Source: Callorhinchus milii
Lineage: Eukaryota
Direction of reading: 5' to 3'
DNA: 64,000 nucleotides
NCBI RefSeq assembly: GCF_018977255.1
Contig: NW_024704743.1
Coordinates: 100,814,001 to 100,878,000 of the forward strand
The notes beneath the pieces are model-generated. The model was not told where the DNA came from. It searched no databases and saw only the letters and a list, made by a program, of their open reading frames with translations. Shown here piece after piece: positions 25,078 to 38,613 of the stretch. The position numbers and the translations under genes are program-made. Positions within the stretch are counted from its first letter, which is position 1. Each line of letters starts with the position of its first letter.

Positions 25078-28000
25078 CCCAGCATCCTGTTCAATTCCAA
25101 CAACAAAATAAATGGTCTCCAGCCACTCCAAAAGGATGTTCCATTTCCACGTGTTGCAAGTGGTCTGTTACAAGTGCACTGAGTAGGTACAATAAGATGG
25201 TCTGTGACAAGCTGTGTTTATTAGACCATTTCTTGAATGTTAAATGGCAGAAATGGAAATCTTTATACACTGGTCTACTGTAAACAATTTAAGTCTGTTG
25301 CACTGCAATCCCAGCAACAGCATATAATGATTGGAAATCAGATGCAAATACAACTGAAGTACTTAGAACTCGCCACCATCATCTGAAAAGAGCCTTTGTA
25401 AACCGAGACGTGTAGAAACTTTTAACTTATTTTAGACCTTTTTTTAAAAAAGACACCCAGGACAGTGAAACATATAACTAAATAGTGTACATTTTACATC
25501 AGAACAATGACAGATCATTTCTTAATGCATTTCTTAAATTAGATTACTACTTGTCGTTAGGTCTTTAACTGTCACATGCTTCTGGTTTCAGATGTTGGTG
25601 CATGACTAGTTCTCAAGCCTTTCCTTATATCGCTTGACGGATGATTCACAGAACATACACAAGATGGTGTCTAATTGATTTGACCTGATCAAAGTGCTCT
25701 GTGATGCTCCTCTGCTACATACATGCTGTTGGCTTCTTTCAAATGCCAAGATATAAAATAAATATCTGAACATTGCTTCACACTGGCTCTCCTGGTGATA
25801 TAACTGAAAAAAGGTCTAAAATCACCTTTATGCATAAAAATACAAGGGTATGATTATATGGTCTATAGTAATCTCTATATATAGGAACACCAGGCCTAAT
25901 AACATGGTCTACAACTCAAAACCCACAAATTGGCAGTTTCGTAACATTGCTCTCCCCAGTAGAAGGAAATAAAAGTCAAACCCCATCAACAGCAAGATAA
26001 CTTGGTGGGGACAATACAGGAGAGTATTTTTTAGCTGATGGTTAGAAAACTTCAATCTAATATGGTGAGCAGCACTAGAGGACAAAGACTAAATTTCATT
26101 CTCAGCAGAAAATGCAAACATTTTGCATTGACATGAAAAAGGACAGTTGAGACTTTCCAGAGGAATGGTTTCAAGTCAGAAATAACATTATAATCCGAGG
26201 TTCTAGCAGATTCATTTCATGATTCTACAACCACAGAACCTTCCAATTTCAGACACAACATTGTAAGTTACTGTAGTTCTTTGCGAATCACTATCCCATC
26301 CAGAATAGTGCAGGAGTTATGCAAAATTATGTGTTGTTTCAGGGTTATTTTAAAGTATCTGTGAAGATGTTTAGTTCAGTTCATAGCTTTGTGCATAGAA
26401 AAGGACAGTTAGTTAGGTACCTGAAAAACAGCCCACTGCCTTCAACCTAGGTTTGAACTCTGCTCACTGATATTTGGCAAAATAAAGAGGGGCAAGTTTG
26501 TCTTCCAAAAAAAAATTGTTGTGTGGGAGTTGAGCATTCATGTGTGAAGGGCCAGTGTTGCAGGAATGTGGATGGAAGCAGGTTCGATTTGTAGGACTGA
26601 ACAGCAACCAGTGGGGATAGTTGCTGAGAGAGACTGCAGCGACTCCAAAGAGGAAGGGAGAGAAAGTCAGCTGGCTGCAGGGGCACTGGCGAGGATGTGC
26701 AAAAGTGCAGTCATAGGTCTTGAGACCTTCAACGAGGTGAGAGAGTCAGATGGTGTCCAGGTTGGAGTTCCAGAAAGTGGGAGCAGAAAGTGAAAGCTGA
26801 TAGTGGGACAAGTAGGGTTGGGGACACAAAGCAGGACTGTGCTCACTGAGCAAAGGCAGTGGCCGAGTTGGTAGGGTTTGAGAAGTTCGCAATTGCTAAA
26901 TTAAAAGATTTGCTTTTCTAGCCAGTCTTCAGAAAATGCAATCTAAAAATATTTGCAGAAAATAACATGTCTATAATTGGAAAAATTCTCATTTTTCTGC
27001 TGAAAACGTCAAGGGTCCATTTATTCCAATGCAATGGCCTGGAGCTCCATTTTTTTAAAAAATAGAAGGCTCAGAGAAATGAGTTTAGAAAGCAAAAGCT
27101 GTAATGGCTCAGTAAATTAATCGAACGCCTGCTAATAGAATGGCTAGCAATGCTGCTATTGGCCTCAGAACCTTGGGATAAGGTGGAGAAAATGTACAGA
27201 CGAGGTCTGGTCCAATACAGGCACGGATCCCGTCTCAACAATGACAGGGACATGCCTCAGAAATGTTGTACCTGCTCCAGTGTGACAGGTTTGGAAGACC
27301 ATGTGTTCAAGTTGGTGTAGGAGGCCACACTGGTATATATTTTTAATAGAAACAGGAGTTTTCAGAACTGTCATTACCGAATGAGAACCTGAAAAATCCC
27401 TTCCTCAATATTACTATTCGGGAGTGCCCCCAACAGGCCTTTAAAGGAAGGCAAAGTGTTACGCTTTTATTTAGTTGATGACGAGGACCTTCTGCCCCAC
27501 TGCCACCTAGTGGGGGAGCCCAAGCTCAGACTCAAGCACAGGTACAAGTTCAACAACCGGTGGTGACACCTAGTAACGTTCCTATCCTTGTGCAGACCCA
27601 ATAGTCAAGGCCAAGGACCAGTACAAACAGAATGGTTTTGCAACCACAGTTGGGTTGTAATCAAAATCACACCAACTATGTAGTGTGTACTCCAGTAGTA
27701 CTTTCCAAAGCGCAGAGGGGAAGAACATTTTTGTTTGCTTCAGTCTACAGGAGGAGGGATGGCTGAAGAAAGTGAACGGACCAAGAGGCCTCGTCCTATG
27801 GGCTCTCGAGTGTGGCTGCTGAGGTAATAAGTCATCCACAGTATACAGGTTAACATCACCCAAACAGATATACGGATGGAGCAGGGAGGAACCCTTACCA
27901 TCCCAGGCACAAACAGTGCTAAGAAATGGCATGTGTTTTGGCATAAGGAGAATAATATACTTAATGAGGAAAACCATAGTAGTAAATTATATTGATAGCA

Positions 28001-31000
28001 CGTTATTATATGCTTGCTTTGTAGATAACAATAGTATGAATCTCGACACCATTAATCAGGTGACAATAGGCATATGGTATGCAGCAAGAGTGAATATGAC
28101 AGAATCGGTGAGTTTAGTGCTCAAATAAATTAAATACAATGACTCTGGAGTTTACCGGCTGTATGTACAACAAGATTACATTTGTATAGCGCCTTTCACG
28201 TCGGGAAGACGTCCCAAGGCGCTGGACAGTGTACAGCATTTCAGAAAAGAAATGAACAATGAAATGTACAATGAAAAGAAAGAAGGTGAGAACAACTCCA
28301 CAAATTCAGAACAACACTTGTTTACTGTTAGGGCTACACACCACAATCCCATCTCTCGCCACAGTTAGATCCACAACTACAGTAATGCCAACTCGACCTG
28401 CGGCTTGCCCGACTTTGTTAGCATATCCAGAATCAGGGATAATTATATCCCAGAGGAGGGAGTATTGCTCAGTAAGGTTAAGTATATTCACATCTCAACT
28501 TCTCTAAGTTTATCAGGATGGAGTTTGTGCAAATGCATACTAAAATAAGGAATAGTGCAGGGTGCTATTGGTTTGGGTATGAATATGTATACTTACCTAA
28601 ACTACATTCTAGGAGTTCTGGAAGGCAACATTTATAAACAAAGGGCTAATTTACCAAAATTTCTTATAAAAAGGATGGATGTTCTCCTAATTTGGATCAC
28701 TGTGTCCAAATTGAACATCGATAACTGTGTTAATGTGATATATTTGAAGGAAATGAGGGCATACTTGGAAAACTCAAAGAGAATTCCTCAAGGAATGTAT
28801 TGGATGTGTTGGAACAAAGTCCAGTAAAAACTAATTAAATGAAAAGGAATTCAGATTAAAGTCACATACAATATTTAAGGACAATACTGTGTGTCAACCC
28901 AAGAGACAAATTACGCTTATGATGGAAATTTAATTTGTTGGGGAAACCAAACTTTTGCTTCACATCCTTACGTTTGACACAGATAGGGTCCCATAAAATT
29001 GTTCCTGTCCTGATTTTTCCTACTTATAATCAAATACTAAATATACAGTCTGAAAAACCAATTGGCATAAAAGGTTTCATACTAAACTTCACAATTTCAT
29101 TGATGAATTAATGAGTATCGCCAATTAAAAAACACAGCAAAAGGTGGAAGAAATGTTAACTAACAGTGATAACCAATTGTTGATTGAAGGAACTTCTATG
29201 GAATTATGTTTAAGATATTTGTAATTCTCCAATTGGTATTAGTTACTATTTTTAATTTTATTGTTTATGGTAAAATACTTAAGTGATTGAACAACAACAA
29301 CAAAATTACATTTGTATAGCGTCTTTCATGTCGGGAGGACATCCCAGTTACAATTGGTCATTTACTTCATGACTGTTAGAGGGTCACTGCTGTGTCCATT
29401 ATCTCATCTTAACATTTTATGTTTTGAGGGAAATGCTGACCTGTGAAACAACAAGAATGGGAAAGTGCTCGTCTGTGTTGATCTGAAGTAACCAAAATCA
29501 CAGGTCAGAAACTTAAAAGGCATTGTGAATTGTGTTAACAATGATTTGAAAAACAAACATGTAGGTACCCAGCAATGTTAAAACTGTCCTTTGGCCTAGT
29601 CCAAACTAAATACAGAGAGATACACAGATCTTATATGCAAAGTCTCTTGTATATTAAAATGGCAAGTTACTATGTTAAAACCAGTCACCAGCAACAGTTA
29701 CCCGTGCAGGGCTGCGTGATTGGAATTTAATCCATCGACTGCAGCAGAGGGATGTCTTTTGTGAGTGCTCAGCCAACGCCCGAATGTTGCCAAGCAACCT
29801 AAGATGCTGCAGCGACAGAGAGAAAGACTATCAGAGAAGGGAGGTTTGTGGAAGATCCAGCGAAACCTCGACAGGTTCACCGGAGCTTGCCGATGTAGCG
29901 TTAACAGATTCTCTCCAGACTGGCAGTGTTGCCTCCAGACTCCCCTGTGCACAGCAGAGTATTTGGCTGACGCCTTGCAATTCCTCTGAAGCTGAGGGAG
30001 TCTCAGGACTCCACACTCCGCAGGGAAGAACTCCCTCTAATTGACATTACACAGCCCAGTAGATCAAAATTAATTATGTCTTGTGGTACATTAAGTATAA
30101 TAAAGTCAGTCTTCACAGTAGCAGGAGGCACTTGCACCGACAGCAGTATGGTGAGTCACATTATTTTCCTTCCCCCTGCCCCCAGCTCTCTGCCAAAGGC
30201 AGTGACTCATTCTATGGTACAGTTCTACTGGCACCAATAATGTGCCAGTATGCCCCAGCTGCCTATTCTTCAGTCCAAGCCTAGACAGAGCGTTGCAGTG
30301 GAAACTCTAACTACGAGGGACTATGGAACTATCGTTGTCCGGCCCAATTTTGTTCTCACCTGATAAATAATAATGATACTAATAATATTATTATATTATT
30401 ATTGATGTCCACCTCTGGCATTAACAAAAATATCAGGAATGAGATGCCTGTTTCTAAACCTAATTGTAACTCCCCTTGTGAAGGGTGCTATTTAAATGCA
30501 TGTTGTTATTGTAGTAATAAACCCACAATCTACAATGACACTTCAGTGCGGGGGAGAGGGGAGAGAATGTTGCATTTGTCAGAGATGTCACCTCTCAGAT
30601 GAGACAGTAAACCAAGGTGCCATTCACCTGTTCACATGGATGTTGAAGATCCCTTGACACTGTTCAGAATTTGTAACCACCAACTCCTTATATGCCGAGT
30701 CTGCGATCTCAAGCATCCCATCACAGGGAAGAAGTAAACAAGCAAAATTACAGAAAGTTTATAACACAAAGGCCCAAGGTGTTTGTGTTGGTGCTAGTTC
30801 ACCTGCTGGGGCTATCTACTCTAACTCCTCTGCTCTTCTCCACACCTTTCATACTATTTTCCTCACATAGAAAAAAGGGAAATAACCTCAAACCAAATCA
30901 GTTTCATCTCTTGTGACCATTTACGAAACAGCATTGGGTGATAATGATGGTAATAATCCTTGCCTTTGATACAATGTATCATCAAGTCAAAACCTATCAA

Positions 31001-32384
31001 AGCACTCATAGAGTTTTTCTATAAACCGTAGAGACTGTATTTGTAAGGCAATCAAGTCCTCCACCCATCTAGCTTGTTAATGCAACAGGGTGACCAGAGG
31101 AAAAGATATGAGAAGACAAACATTTAAAGCAAAATAAAGAAAACATGCGGTCAGGTGCAAATTCATTCCCTGCACATCCCCATGAGGAGTCTAATTTATG
31201 GCAAGGTAGACTGAGATTAATGCCTTAGATTTACAATTCTCAGCTGTTTCCTTCCAACCCACAGGGCTCTTCCAATGCAACAAGATCAGATTACCCTGTA
31301 AAAGAGGTCATTCCACAACATTTTTGCTACGAGACATGCCATTAAAGACATCATTTGAAATTAAAATAATCATACCCAGAAGTGGTTGCTAAATCCTTTC
31401 CGGTCTATAATTAAGTTGCTGATGAATTCGCAGATTCTGCAGAGCAAATCCATTTTGATCTAGCCGTAAGTGGAACCATACGAATCGGGCCACTTTAGAG
31501 TTTCTAAAACCAGCTGTTCTCTCCTGGCATGTGAGCTCCAAACAAAAGCCACGTCGAGAGATTATGCTGTGACATTTTGTGATGAGCGCCTATCAGATTT
31601 TCATTGTGAATCTATAGCCAACATGACAGAATAGATTTTGTACAAGTTATTGCTGCCATTTGACACAATCAGACCTAAAGACTGATTTTATATTTGATGC
31701 TTATCATCTTCTGTCAGGCAAACATGAAGCCAGAAACAGGCTTATGAATTTTTCACATTTGGGACAGTGGTTATTCAAAGAGTTGTAAAAGGCTCCTTTC
31801 TTAACACGAATAAATGTATTGAGGTAACATTTTACATGCCTTCTGGTCGTTTTCTATCAAGTTTCTACTAAAAAATGGAAACTTCAACCATAATGAATGA
31901 TTATAAACAGTATAATGTTATTAATTTCAAAAACTGCTAAACCAATAATTAGAACAAATCATAGCAGTTCTTGCCTCATTCAGCTTTTCCCATTGCCACC
32001 AATTTCCCATAAAATACAAGTAGACACATCAAATATATATTTTGGAAATAATGATGAATCTTAATAGTTAGTCCTTTTCTGGTCCTATACATTCCTATGT
32101 AACACTGTATGTCTAGCTATGCTTGCTGCTCCTTCAATTAAGAATCATTCTGTATGACTAAGAACAGCATTGGTCGGGTGAGGACAGAATCAGCTCCACT
32201 GGCTTGCTCCCCACATTCAGTAAAACAACCCACAGTCATTCAGCACCCAGGCAAGCAATAGAAGGAGGGTAAATGGACAAGGTATCTGATGATATCCCAA
32301 GAAGAAATTAGTTGTTAAAGGGAGACGAATTAGACAAGACCAGGCTTGACAAAGCTGCTCACAGGTGAAGCCTATCTTTTATTT

Positions 32385-32770
32385 ATTATAATAGTCCTTG
32401 CAGGAGATAATAAGCAATGTCTTATGAAGTCATTGAAACATCTTAAAGCACTTCATGGAATTTTTTTATATATGAAGTGTAGTGAACGCAGCTGCCAATT
32501 CGCATGCAGCAATGCCCCACAGTCAGAATGTGAATGGGTAAATGGACATTTTTCGAAGCACTTCAGAACGATGCCATGCATGAAGGATGCTATATAGATG
32601 CAAGTTGTTGTTGTTGATTGACCAAATTTATTCAGAGGATTGTTGGCCAAAAGACTAGGAGAAGGTCCCTTCTCTTTTCAATAATGCCATGGGGTCTTTG
32701 ATGTTCACCTGAACATAGACAGGATTTGGGTTTATTACTCATCGGAAGTATAGCACCTCTGACAATGCCA
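32385..32770 (-). mobile_element. Old DeuSINE-type element with an inserted + strand tail
   Basis: Deu core at 32640-32770. Confidence 0.6.
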
Positions 32771-33752
32771 AGCCATGGAAACATTATTCTCAGTCTGTGT
32801 CATCGTTAACTTTTAACACAGTAGTTACTTTTACTTCTCATTAACAGGAATAATGTTTTAGTTTCGCAACATCAAGACGACTGAAGAAAAGCAGCTTTGT
32901 CATCAAAACCATTTTTGCAACAGTTTCCTGTCACAGGTTTAGATCAAAATACATTGACAAAGCATTTCACAGCTCAACTTTTCCCAAGCCACTCATGTGA
33001 GAGTTATAGAGCATTGTCGCTACATCACATACAAGTTAGATGGGTGGAGGACTTGATTGCCTTACAAATACAGTCTCTACACTTCATAGTAAAACGCTTT
33101 GAGCGCTTTGATAGGTTTTTGGCTTAGTTAATTATTACAGCATTATTTTAGGCTTTTGTAATGTAAGCCTGTAGTTCTGCTCTGAATATTGTCCCTTTTC
33201 CCCTTACTCCCCACCCCCATGCATTCATGTGCTTTTGTACTCAATAAGAATTCAGCTGTGCCGCTACTCATAGCTTGGAGCTCCTTACTGCTCTTCTCTG
33301 CACCTTCTCCCCATTCTTTTGAAAGTTGGGTGCACAAATTAGGGTCAAATGTATCAGATCGGATGGGCCAGAAACAGAGCTGTCCTTATTCTGCCCAAAA
33401 CCTTCCTGCACGTGGGGATAACACTCTTTGGCTGGCTGTCAACCGGATACCAATTTTGTTTCCAGGTTCTTCGCTTACAATTCGGCTTACTGGTGGCCAA
33501 AGAATGCAATCTGCAAGTCCAACGCACGGACTAGGCCTCTCAGACCTCACCACTGAGAATGGAATTGGATGATGGAGAGGAAATCTGTCTGTGGCTCAAT
33601 TGAGGGTACATATACCTACTTTATCACTTGGTCCAGAAATTAGATTCCAATTCTCCAAATGTAAATTTTGCCAGGTTAGAGTAACGTTTCTCAACGAACA
33701 GTCAAATTACTGTTTCAATATGGATTACCTTGTATTTATCTGCATTAAAATC

Positions 33753-34035
33753 TCTCGCAAGCGAGAGACCTGAGTTCAATTCCAGGCAGGGCGAAACCTT
33801 GGGCAAGTTTCCTTACTCCACACGCCTAATAATAATCCCTCCAAAACCAAAAACAATAATAAATTGGTCATTTTCAATCTACGACTGTTTGTGGGACATT
33901 ACTGTGCGCAATTGGCTGCCGCGTTCGTCCACAAATATACAGTCAATTCACTTTACAGTGTGTTCTGTGAAGCGCTTTGGGACGTCCTCCCGACGTGAAA
34001 AGCGCTATATCAAATGCAAGGATTATTATTATTAT
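33753..34035 (+). mobile_element. tRNA-Ala SINE, young short form, 5'-truncated
   Basis: Near-identical to 8300-8593. Confidence 0.92.
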
Positions 34036-34954
34036 CTGCCAGACTTGGCCCCAATGCTTTATTGGTCCAGATCTTTCCAAATATTTCTCATCTCCTGTAT
34101 TATTTACCAGCCCAAATTGATTGGTATCATCAGCAATAAGCGCTTTATAAGTGCTCCCCTACACGTCATTTAGAAATTGCTGTGCAGCAGAAGCCTCCAC
34201 AACATACCCTTGTACATCACGGTCAGTCACTCCAGAACTTTTCCCATTTAGCATCACCTCCCACTTCCTTTTGCTGTGACCATTTTCATTCCAGACAGCA
34301 AATCTCTACAACAACGAAATTACATCTGTATAGTGCCTTGCACGTCGGGAGGACGTCCCAAGGTGCTGAACAGTAATTTCATGAACTTTAGTCTCCTCTA
34401 AATCTCAGATATGGACCCAATGCCTTCCACAAATCCAGGTAGTCAAGAGTTTGATATCTGCTCTAGTTGGAATGGCTCCTTTGCCCACGGATGACAGGTC
34501 ATCCATCAAAATACAATGTCCACCACCAGTCAAAGCCTTCCTACATCAGAAGTTACACTGTGTAGATAGTGCCAGCCCTCTTGCTCACATGGTCTTAACC
34601 CTGTACTGTAACTCCTGTTGAATGGACTAAGGTGCTAAAAATACGTGTGTCCAAGATAAAGGATTCTTGGTCAGCTAAATTTCATAATAAATAATGAGAA
34701 GATAATTAAGCAGGTTTGGGGTTATCTAGGATGCAGATATAAGGTGCTTTTATACAAGTTCTAAGCGCTTCTGTGAAGAGACGCCTCGAAGACATCATAA
34801 GGCGCTATATCAAATGCAAGGATTATATATTATACATATTTATTCTATCCACTGAAAAACCCTCACCCTCCATTTTAGTTATCTATCCTTGCCAGGCTCC
34901 GCTGTTTTAGAGGATTGATTCTGTAAATCGCTCTGACACATTACTGAAAGTGCT

Positions 34955-35262
34955 ATAATAATAATAATCCTTGCATTTGATATAGCACTTTTTCACATCT
35001 TCTAGACGTCTCAAAGTGCTTCGCAGAATATGCTGTAAAGTGAATTGACCGTATATTTGTGGGCGAAACGTGCAGCCAATTGCGCACTGCAGTGTCCACA
35101 AACAGTCATGGTTTGAAAATGACCAATTTTATTATTGTTTTGGAGGGATTATTATTGGGCGTGTGAAATAAGGAAACTTGCCCAAGGTTTCGCATTGCCT
35201 GGAAATGAACTCCGGTGTCTCACTTACAAGGCGAATGCTCTAACCACCGAGCTACAGGATTC
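34955..35262 (-). mobile_element. tRNA-Ala SINE, short form
   Basis: Full head, body and tail. Confidence 0.9.
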
Positions 35263-35744
35263 AGTACAACTTGTATAAATAGCATTCCAGCTATTGGTGA
35301 AGCATGACTTATTTTTCAACAACCATAATAATGGCTCCTGATAGCATCTACGATCTTCAGATGGCCATTGATAGGATTCCAGATAATACACTCAGTAGTT
35401 TTCCTGCTACAGATGTTAAGCCAATGAGTCCATAGCTACTGCCTTGTCTCACTCTGCAGAATTAGGACAAATTGACAGGTAGTTTGCTATGGCTTGATCA
35501 AGAACTGTACATTAGATCACAGTTATGGTTATGTTACATGGTTTGATTTCTAATCTCTTAATTGTGGCTACACATTTCTGAACAGTTTCAGCATGACAGC
35601 CTGAAGCATTTACATGTGCCACACATGATAAACAAACAGGTTTTGAAGACAAAGAGAAAACGCAAACACATTACAGTCACAAACAACCAAATACAGCAGT
35701 CAATTTATGGCACACCAATAACCCACAAACAACGATGAAGTAGA

Positions 35745-35978
35745 CTAATTTTTTATTTGGGGGATTGTTAGCCAGACGGAAGAACACCTTCTGTTTTCAA
35801 ATAGTGCCACGGGGTCCAGGTGAATAGGCAGACGGGACCTCAGTTTCTGTTTTATCCGAAAGATGGCACCTCTGACAATGTAGTATACCCCAGGCACTGC
35901 ACTGGAGTGCCAGCCTAGGAATGGAATCCACAACCCCCTGACTCAAAAGTGAGAGTGCTACTAACTGAACCAGGCTGT
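35745..35978 (-). mobile_element. Old DeuSINE-type element (head and core)
   Basis: AATAGTGCCACGGG...GCAGACGGGACCTCAGTTT...ATCCGAAAGATGGCACCTCTGACAATG...GCACTGCACTGGAGTG. Confidence 0.75.
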
Positions 35979-36698
35979 CATCTTACGTTTCCTGTTCTCA
36001 CTCATCCCTCTCACAAACAGCACCTATAGCACTTTGAGAAACACACCAGTTGGTTAGACAGCTTGGTGTTCATGGATAGCAGTATTAAAATGAGCTGCAG
36101 AGCATCCGTCAAATAATATAATTGTATGGCAAGGGTTCATTGGGATATTGCACTTGAAATCAGATTTATATATTTATCCAGACTTGACTGAATTACACGA
36201 AGGCCTGAAGAAAAGGTAAAATTAAATTCTTTCATCCAAAACAAACTTAACAAATTTACAGTGCCAAATCAGTAAGAGTTAGCATCTAAAATTAAAAGTC
36301 GAGACTTCTTTACTTGTGTACCCGTCAAATACACGGCTTGAAATAAAATCTCTGTTACTTCAGTGTCCCTAACACAGGACACAGAATTAGTCAACCATTT
36401 GAACTACTTGTAAAAATCTAAAAGAACAAAGAAGCACCGTCAAAATAAAAAAAATCGCAGCAAACATTAAAAGTTAAAATTGCATTACTGGATGCAACTA
36501 ATTGACTCAGTGCAACAGAAGATATAACTGAAGGTATAACCTTCAGCTAAGAAATACTGAGCCAGCTAAGACCTTGTCCTTGAGAATCAATTCCAGCAGA
36601 GCAAATCGAAAACAGAGAACTCTCAAGAGTAAGGTGCGAGAATTTATTCAATTGTACACAAGGGCAAACATGGATTCTTTAATTTTAATATATAAGAA

Positions 36699-37070
36699 GA
36701 ATCCTTGTATTTGAGGATATACTGTAACACCCTATCACATTGTTGAAATGTCTCAAAGCATTTCACAGGATTTTTGTAAAATCTACAGGCAAATGCAGCA
36801 GCCAATCTGCTAAGAATTGAATGACCAATTGCGGGGGGAGGGGGGGGGGTGAAAAGAGGAGGGATTGTTGTATTGTTGTCCAGGACACCGGAAGAAAATT
36901 CCTTTCTCTTCTGAATAGTGCCATTGGGAACTTTAATGACCACCTGAACAGGAAAACGGGACCGCAGTTTTAACATCGCATCCAAAGGATGATAACTCCA
37001 GCAGTGCACTGACGTGTGAGCCTAGGGGATACACTCAAAAACAAGAATGCTTCCAACTGAGCCAGGCTGC
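36699..37070 (-). mobile_element. Old DeuSINE-type element
   Basis: Tail plus Deu core (CCAGGACACCGG...AATAGTGCCAT...CCACCTGAACAGG). Confidence 0.7.
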
Positions 37071-37233
37071 ACTTAAAACCAATATACAGTTTCAACTTTA
37101 CACAACAACAACAAGATTACATTTGTATAGCGTATACAAAACAATTCTGTTCTTTCGAATAGCCATGGCTTTTGTAACATGAAACAAAAATAACGTTTCA
37201 CCAGAAGAACCTTTTTTAAATAAAGTTCAAACG

Positions 37234-37550
37234 TAATAATAATAATCCTTGCATTTGATATAGCGCTTTTCACGTCGGGAGGACGTCCCAAAGCGCTTCA
37301 CAGAACACACTGTAAAGTGAATTGACTGTATATTTGTGGGCGAACACGGCAGCCAATTGCGCACAGCAATGTCCCACAAACAGTCGTAGATTGAAAATGA
37401 CCAATTTATTATTGTTTTGGGTTTTTGGAGGGATTATTATTAGGCGTGTGGAGTAAGGAAACTTGCCCAAGGTTTTGCCCTGCCTGGAATTAAACTCAGG
37501 TCTCTCACTTGCAAAGCAAGTGCTCTAACCACAGAGCTACAGGACGCCAC
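37234..37550 (-). mobile_element. tRNA-Ala SINE, young short form
   Basis: Near-identical to the 8274 and 23673 copies. Confidence 0.93.
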
Positions 37551-38255
37551 AGGTAATTGTAGTATCTTTTTGCATCCACCTTGCTGTTCATTTTTCTATT
37601 TCTAAACAAACCATGAGAAAGGGCAGCTTCATTGTGAACTCAATGTTATTTATTTGATCATCCAGGTGTCTGACTCGAGCAGAAACCCATCATCACATTT
37701 AAGAGCATGGAAAACCAGACAGAGTTCCACATATACATATCATCTATGCATAGAATTTCCGTCTGTCTGGAATGGAATGAGCACTCTCTCACCCAAAAGG
37801 AAATTAGTACCCTGCTTACTAATTCCTGAGAATAATAAGTGCAGGTTGACAAGACCACTGGGGTGCTTCTGCAGTTTATACATTTAAAATTACACAGCTT
37901 GCCATTCCGAACACTGCTTGTCCAGCTCAGACCACCCAGCCATTGGGACTTTGTCTTGCAGAGTTAAGAGTACCCGAGTAGGCAAAATCCCTGTCCTCAA
38001 TGGCTGGTCTGTCAAACTGGCTGAGATTTAGCACTCTTGTCTCCGAGTCAGAAATTTGATGGTTCAAGCCCTATGTCAGGACTTTGAACGCAGTCTAGGA
38101 GATACTTCAATGCAGTGCTTAGGTGTGCTGCATTTTTGGAGTTGGCATTATTCAGGTGAGATGCTAAACTGAGGTCCCGTCTGGCTGATATTAATATAAC
38201 TGATCCAATACTCGAAATTCCACCTTGTCTAGGTCTGTAAAACCACTTTGTCATT

Positions 38256-38613
38256 GTGGAGTCCTGTAGCTCAGTGGTTACAGCACTCGCCTTGCAAGCG
38301 AGAGACATAGGTTCAATTCCCAGCAGGGCGAAATGTTGGCAAGTTTCCTTACTCCACACGCCTCTGCTTACCTAGCAGTAACTAGGAACGCGGTTGTTAG
38401 TCGATTGGGAGATCACTTTTTCAGGGGTAATAATTCCTTCAAAAAAAAATCGGTCACTTCAATCCACGACTGTTTGTGGAACACTGCTGTGCGCAATTGG
38501 AGTTTCGCCCACAAAATATACAATCAATTCACTTTACAGTATATTCTGGGAAGCTCTTTGAGACGTCTCAAAGATGTGATATATCAAATGTAAGGATTAT
38601 TATTATTATTATT
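38256..38613 (+). mobile_element. tRNA-Ala SINE, long form, full length
   Basis: Complete head, CCTCTGCTTACCTAGCAGTAAC block and tail; follows an old DeuSINE head at about 38020-38200. Confidence 0.92.

Noticed and set aside
26540..26890. Possible very old L2 fragment
   Set aside because: Purine-rich resemblance only; I could not recover diagnostic motifs.
30350..30385. Second AG|GTGAG recursive-like motif (and one near 28595)
   Set aside because: A-rich tracts with nearby upstream AGs, and the first lies at a repeat edge; much weaker than the 7906 site.
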